Shown here piece by piece: positions 63,170 to 64,000 of a DNA stretch of 64,000 nt (positions within the stretch are counted from its first letter, which is position 1; each line of letters starts with the position of its first letter). Source of the DNA: Candidatus Micrarchaeota archaeon (GTDB lineage Archaea > Micrarchaeota > Micrarchaeia > Anstonellales > Bilamarchaeaceae); the NCBI GenBank assembly GCA_018304385.1, contig JAGVWJ010000014.1, forward strand, positions 13,621-77,620, given 5' to 3'. The notes under the pieces are model-generated. The model had not been told where the DNA came from and searched no databases. It was given only the letters and a program-made list of their open reading frames with translations. The translations under genes were made by a program, and so were the position numbers.

Positions 63170-64000
63170 ATGAATGACGAGGAATTGCTGAACGAGCTTA
63201 TATCCCAAAACCCTTGGTGGAAAGCAGGAAAAATCGAACTACCAAAATACATAATAGAGCGTAACCTGTTTCCTTTGCTTAAAAAAGAATTAAGAGAAAA
63301 AGAGGTTATTGGGTTAGTTGGGTTAAGATCAGTTGGTAAGACTACACTCATGAAACAACTTATCAACCAGCTTCTATTAAATGAAATAGATTCAAAGAAC
63401 ATTATTTATTTCTCATTTGACGGATTCAAAAAAGAAGAAAAAATGATTAGAAGACTTCTTACACTATATTCTCATAACATACTAAAAAAAACCTTTGAAG
63501 AGCTTGACCAAAAAGTTTACTTATTCTTCGATGAAGTTCAGAAGATATCTGAATGGGGAGAAGAAATCAAAAGTTATTATGACAAGGGCCTAAAATTGAA
63601 GTTTGTTATTTCTGGTTCCTCTAGTATGAATATTCTTAAGGGAAGTGGGGAAAGTTTAGTCGGCAGGATCTTAATCCACAAAATTTATCCATTCGTATTT
63701 AGGGAATTCCTTAGGTACAAGGGTTTAGAACTTGAAAAAATTGATCTTTGGAATCCTGTTTACCCGGTGGAAGGGGAAAAATTGAGCATTTTGTTTGAAC
63801 AATATGCCGAATTAGGTGGGTTTCCTATTTTATATGATACAAGTGAAGAAAGAAAGAAACCATTATTAAAAAGCATGATTGATCTGACTTTTTATCGAGA
63901 CATAGTTAATATATTTGATATCAAAAGAACCGATATCCTAGAAGGCCTTTTCTATATTTTTACAAAAGAATCAGGAAATGTAATCAGTTACGCAAATCTT
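63170..64000 (+). CDS. AAA+ ATPase (archaeal ATPase / DUF4143-type), 3' end outside window
   Basis: Not in the ORF track because no stop is reached. The frame is open from ATG 63170 to the window end. It has NPWW, Walker A GLRSVGKTT and Walker B YLFFDEVQ. Confidence 0.8.
   Translation, partial: MNDEELLNELISQNPWWKAGKIELPKYIIERNLFPLLKKELREKEVIGLVGLRSVGKTTLMKQLINQLLLNEIDSKNIIYFSFDGFKKEEKMIRRLLTLYSHNILKKTFEELDQKVYLFFDEVQKISEWGEEIKSYYDKGLKLKFVISGSSSMNILKGSGESLVGRILIHKIYPFVFREFLRYKGLELEKIDLWNPVYPVEGEKLSILFEQYAELGGFPILYDTSEERKKPLLKSMIDLTFYRDIVNIFDIKRTDILEGLFYIFTKESGNVISYANL

Noticed and set aside
63046-63402. 118-aa minus-strand ORF.
   Set aside because: It overlaps the 3' exon of the tRNA-Glu and the clearly real plus-strand AAA+ ATPase gene (Walker A and B motifs), and its sequence is low-complexity.
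1-64000. rRNA, SRP RNA or RNase P RNA genes, and recognisable defence operons (CRISPR-Cas, restriction-modification and similar).
   Set aside because: No long non-coding stretch with conserved rRNA or RNase P-like motifs was seen. The intergenic regions are short, and the only defence-like items are small TA pairs and isolated effector-type domains without partners.

Overview
AT-rich archaeal chromosomal segment. Archaeal markers are aRF1, EF-1alpha, RpoN, L18e and RNase P Rpr2/Rnp4, and the proteins are lysine-rich. The style suggests a small-genome (DPANN-like) archaeon, but that lineage guess is inference only. Core content: ribosomal proteins L11 and the L18e-L13-S9-RpoN-tRNA(Pro)-S2 block, EF-1alpha, aRF1, AsnRS, GlmS, GGPP synthase, a divergent SUF cluster (sufU-sufS-sufC / sufB-sufD), and a scattered 2-oxoacid dehydrogenase complex (E1alpha, E1beta, E2, E3) plus LplA. 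There are also several toxin-antitoxin pairs, one IS element with inverted repeats and a 5-bp target duplication, many membrane or secreted orphan proteins, and a few Arg-rich orphan genes including two HD-superfamily proteins. I saw no rRNA, CRISPR array or recognisable defence operon. The unusual material is mostly non-coding. (1) Degenerate period-7 repeat arrays (GCNNTGR or GTNNNGA units) occur at about 18 loci, usually abutting TATA-like boxes, sometimes across gene junctions, inside the 5' coding part of two paralogs and inside a tRNA intron. (2) A dispersed 100-130 nt promoter-leader repeat with a covarying hairpin lies upstream of five unrelated protein genes and one tRNA. (3) Two tRNAs carry non-canonical introns: Pro(GGG) with a T-loop intron, and Glu(CUC) with D-loop plus T-loop introns. 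The two T-loop introns look homologous. (4) A three-member paralog family built from 87-aa tandem repeats with variable unit number shares a conserved promoter motif. All statements come from reading the sequence by eye. No database search, folding or statistics could be run.
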